DNA of 64,000 bases, taken from positions 2,790,001-2,854,000 of the forward strand of contig OX337230.1 of assembly GCA_946965045.2 (NCBI GenBank), written 5' to 3'. Position numbers and translations under genes: made by a program. Below are positions 62,664-64,000 of this stretch, in pieces. The DNA comes from Epithemia pelagica (Eukaryota; Protista; Bacillariophyta). How positions within the stretch are numbered: position 1 is the stretch's first letter; the number at the start of each line of letters is the position of its first letter. Below the pieces are notes generated by a model, which saw nothing but the letters and a program-made list of their open reading frames with translations, did no database searches and had not been told where the DNA came from.

Positions 62664-64000
62664 TCACAGTTGATTGTGTCGCATACAGGAAAACCGTCCA
62701 TGTAACAAGCAGCACCGTCCACAACAGGAATTGGCGCAGTCTCGTGCGGCACGATTGCGACACCGACGCATCGAGCATATGGGTGGTGGTGGTGGTGCGT
62801 TGTAACCGGAGAGCATAGTCGTGGAATCTGAAGGCACATACGCATCAGTATCCACCTCAGAACTGGTCGAGTGATCCGAAGCTCCCATTGTGGTGGTATC
62901 TTCTCCTCCTTCCTCGGTTCCTTCAGCTGCATCTTCTTCTGTCGTACTGTGAACTGTGGTGGTATCTTCGGGAGGAAATACCGTGGTGGTCGTGTCATCC
63001 GGTGCATTTTCTGCGAGTGCGGCTACTTCGGCTTCGGGAGGAAGCATGGATGTCGTCGTATCATCCTCGACGGGCTCCTCCACCTCATCATCATGCACAG
63101 TGGTAGTGGTGAAAGACGTATCATTGTCCGCCTCTGGTTCTGCCTGAATCTCGGTGTCTTCTTCTACCACCGTGGAAGTTGAGGGTGGCAAAAGCCCTTC
63201 TACGTCATCGTCATCGTCCTCCTCATCCGCCGGATCGGGAGAGGCCACTGTCGTCGAGGTCGTCCATGTTTCGGGTGGAAAACCGAGATCATCGTCACTG
63301 TAGTACCGATGCTCGACTTGAGTGGATTCAAACTCTTGTTCTTGAGAAGGATTATTGTTGCGGGCTGCTGGTCGTTGCAATCGTGGTGGTAGGGCTGGAA
63401 AGGGTTCGCGACAATTGGGACAAGTGGCATTGGTAGAGATCCATTGTGCCACGCAATTCAAATGGACGGCCTTCCCACAACACAAGGTGGCAATATTGGG
63501 ATGATCTTCAAAGCAAATCAAACAGGTACCGGCTCGTTCTCGATCACGAATCTTCTTGGCTGCCTTTGCTTCCGCTTGCTCGGTCACTAATCGTGACTTT
63601 TCCTCGACAACCTTTTCGAATTCGACAATGGCTTTTCCCATGCGATCCAAAATCAAGGTCACCAAAGGTCCCATAGCACCCGCAAGTTCCAAACATAGTA
63701 TCATTGCTTCTTGGTTTGTTGTTGCTTGGTTCGGAGTGTCTATTACGGTGGAGGACTGGGTTCGAGTCGTGGTGGAACAAGTGACAGCCTCCAAGGACAA
63801 GTTGCGGCGCGTATGTCCAATGGCTTGTGTGTATTCGTTTCGTTGTGCCGGTGTGGCAAACAAGTGAATGACAAAGGGGAATCCTGCCCGTTGCAAGGCC
63901 CAATTCAAGGCAATACGAGCCAATCGACCATTGCCATCGACAAAGCCATGAATGTCCACCACACCAAAAAAGACCAATGCCGCATACGTGGCGACCGACA
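62664..64000 (-). CDS. Fic domain + RING finger + C-terminal Cys/His zinc finger protein (5' end outside the window)
   Basis: Fic motif HGFVDGNGRLAR; RING CLIC..CCGKAVHLNC..CPNC; terminal CSMRRCRNRAARDCANSCCGRCC...CMRH. The frame is open to the window edge. Confidence 0.8.
   Translation of the reverse strand, partial: SVATYAALVFFGVVDIHGFVDGNGRLARIALNWALQRAGFPFVIHLFATPAQRNEYTQAIGHTRRNLSLEAVTCSTTTRTQSSTVIDTPNQATTNQEAMILCLELAGAMGPLVTLILDRMGKAIVEFEKVVEEKSRLVTEQAEAKAAKKIRDRERAGTCLICFEDHPNIATLCCGKAVHLNCVAQWISTNATCPNCREPFPALPPRLQRPAARNNNPSQEQEFESTQVEHRYYSDDDLGFPPETWTTSTTVASPDPADEEDDDDDVEGLLPPSTSTVVEEDTEIQAEPEADNDTSFTTTTVHDDEVEEPVEDDTTTSMLPPEAEVAALAENAPDDTTTTVFPPEDTTTVHSTTEEDAAEGTEEGGEDTTTMGASDHSTSSEVDTDAYVPSDSTTMLSGYNAPPPPPICSMRRCRNRAARDCANSCCGRCCLLHGRFSCMRHNQL

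Overview
Gene-dense eukaryotic window, most likely from a pennate diatom (inferred from short GT-AG introns, AFAP-type bipartite plastid presequences, nuclear gyrA and an LPA3-like gene, and a CoDi-like copia element). Housekeeping genes fill about 0.6-7.5 kb and 26.5-64 kb: PLK1, AMP deaminase, AKTIP-like, LSM5, THOC3, fructosamine kinase, RPC5, RPL28, RPL15, a protein kinase, RPA12, a Rab, TRAP1, an HMG-box protein, LPA3-like, gyrA, UTP4 and a Fic-RING protein. The main accessory feature is an 18.1 kb nested mobile unit at 8130-26259. Its outer element is a ~9.7 kb IS630/Tc1-like DNA transposon with 34-bp TIRs and TA flanks. It encodes a large DDE transposase and carries cargo: a 971-aa protein fusing a SET domain to a 2OG-Fe(II) dioxygenase-like domain, plus two orphan genes. 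An apparently intact 8.4 kb Ty1/copia element has inserted into the transposase gene. That element has 783-bp LTRs with no difference I could see, a CATGC target duplication, an extra ORF upstream of gag-pol and a non-canonical PBS. A 640-bp hAT-type MITE lies at 49.2-49.8 kb. All domain calls come from reading motifs by eye; no database searches were run.
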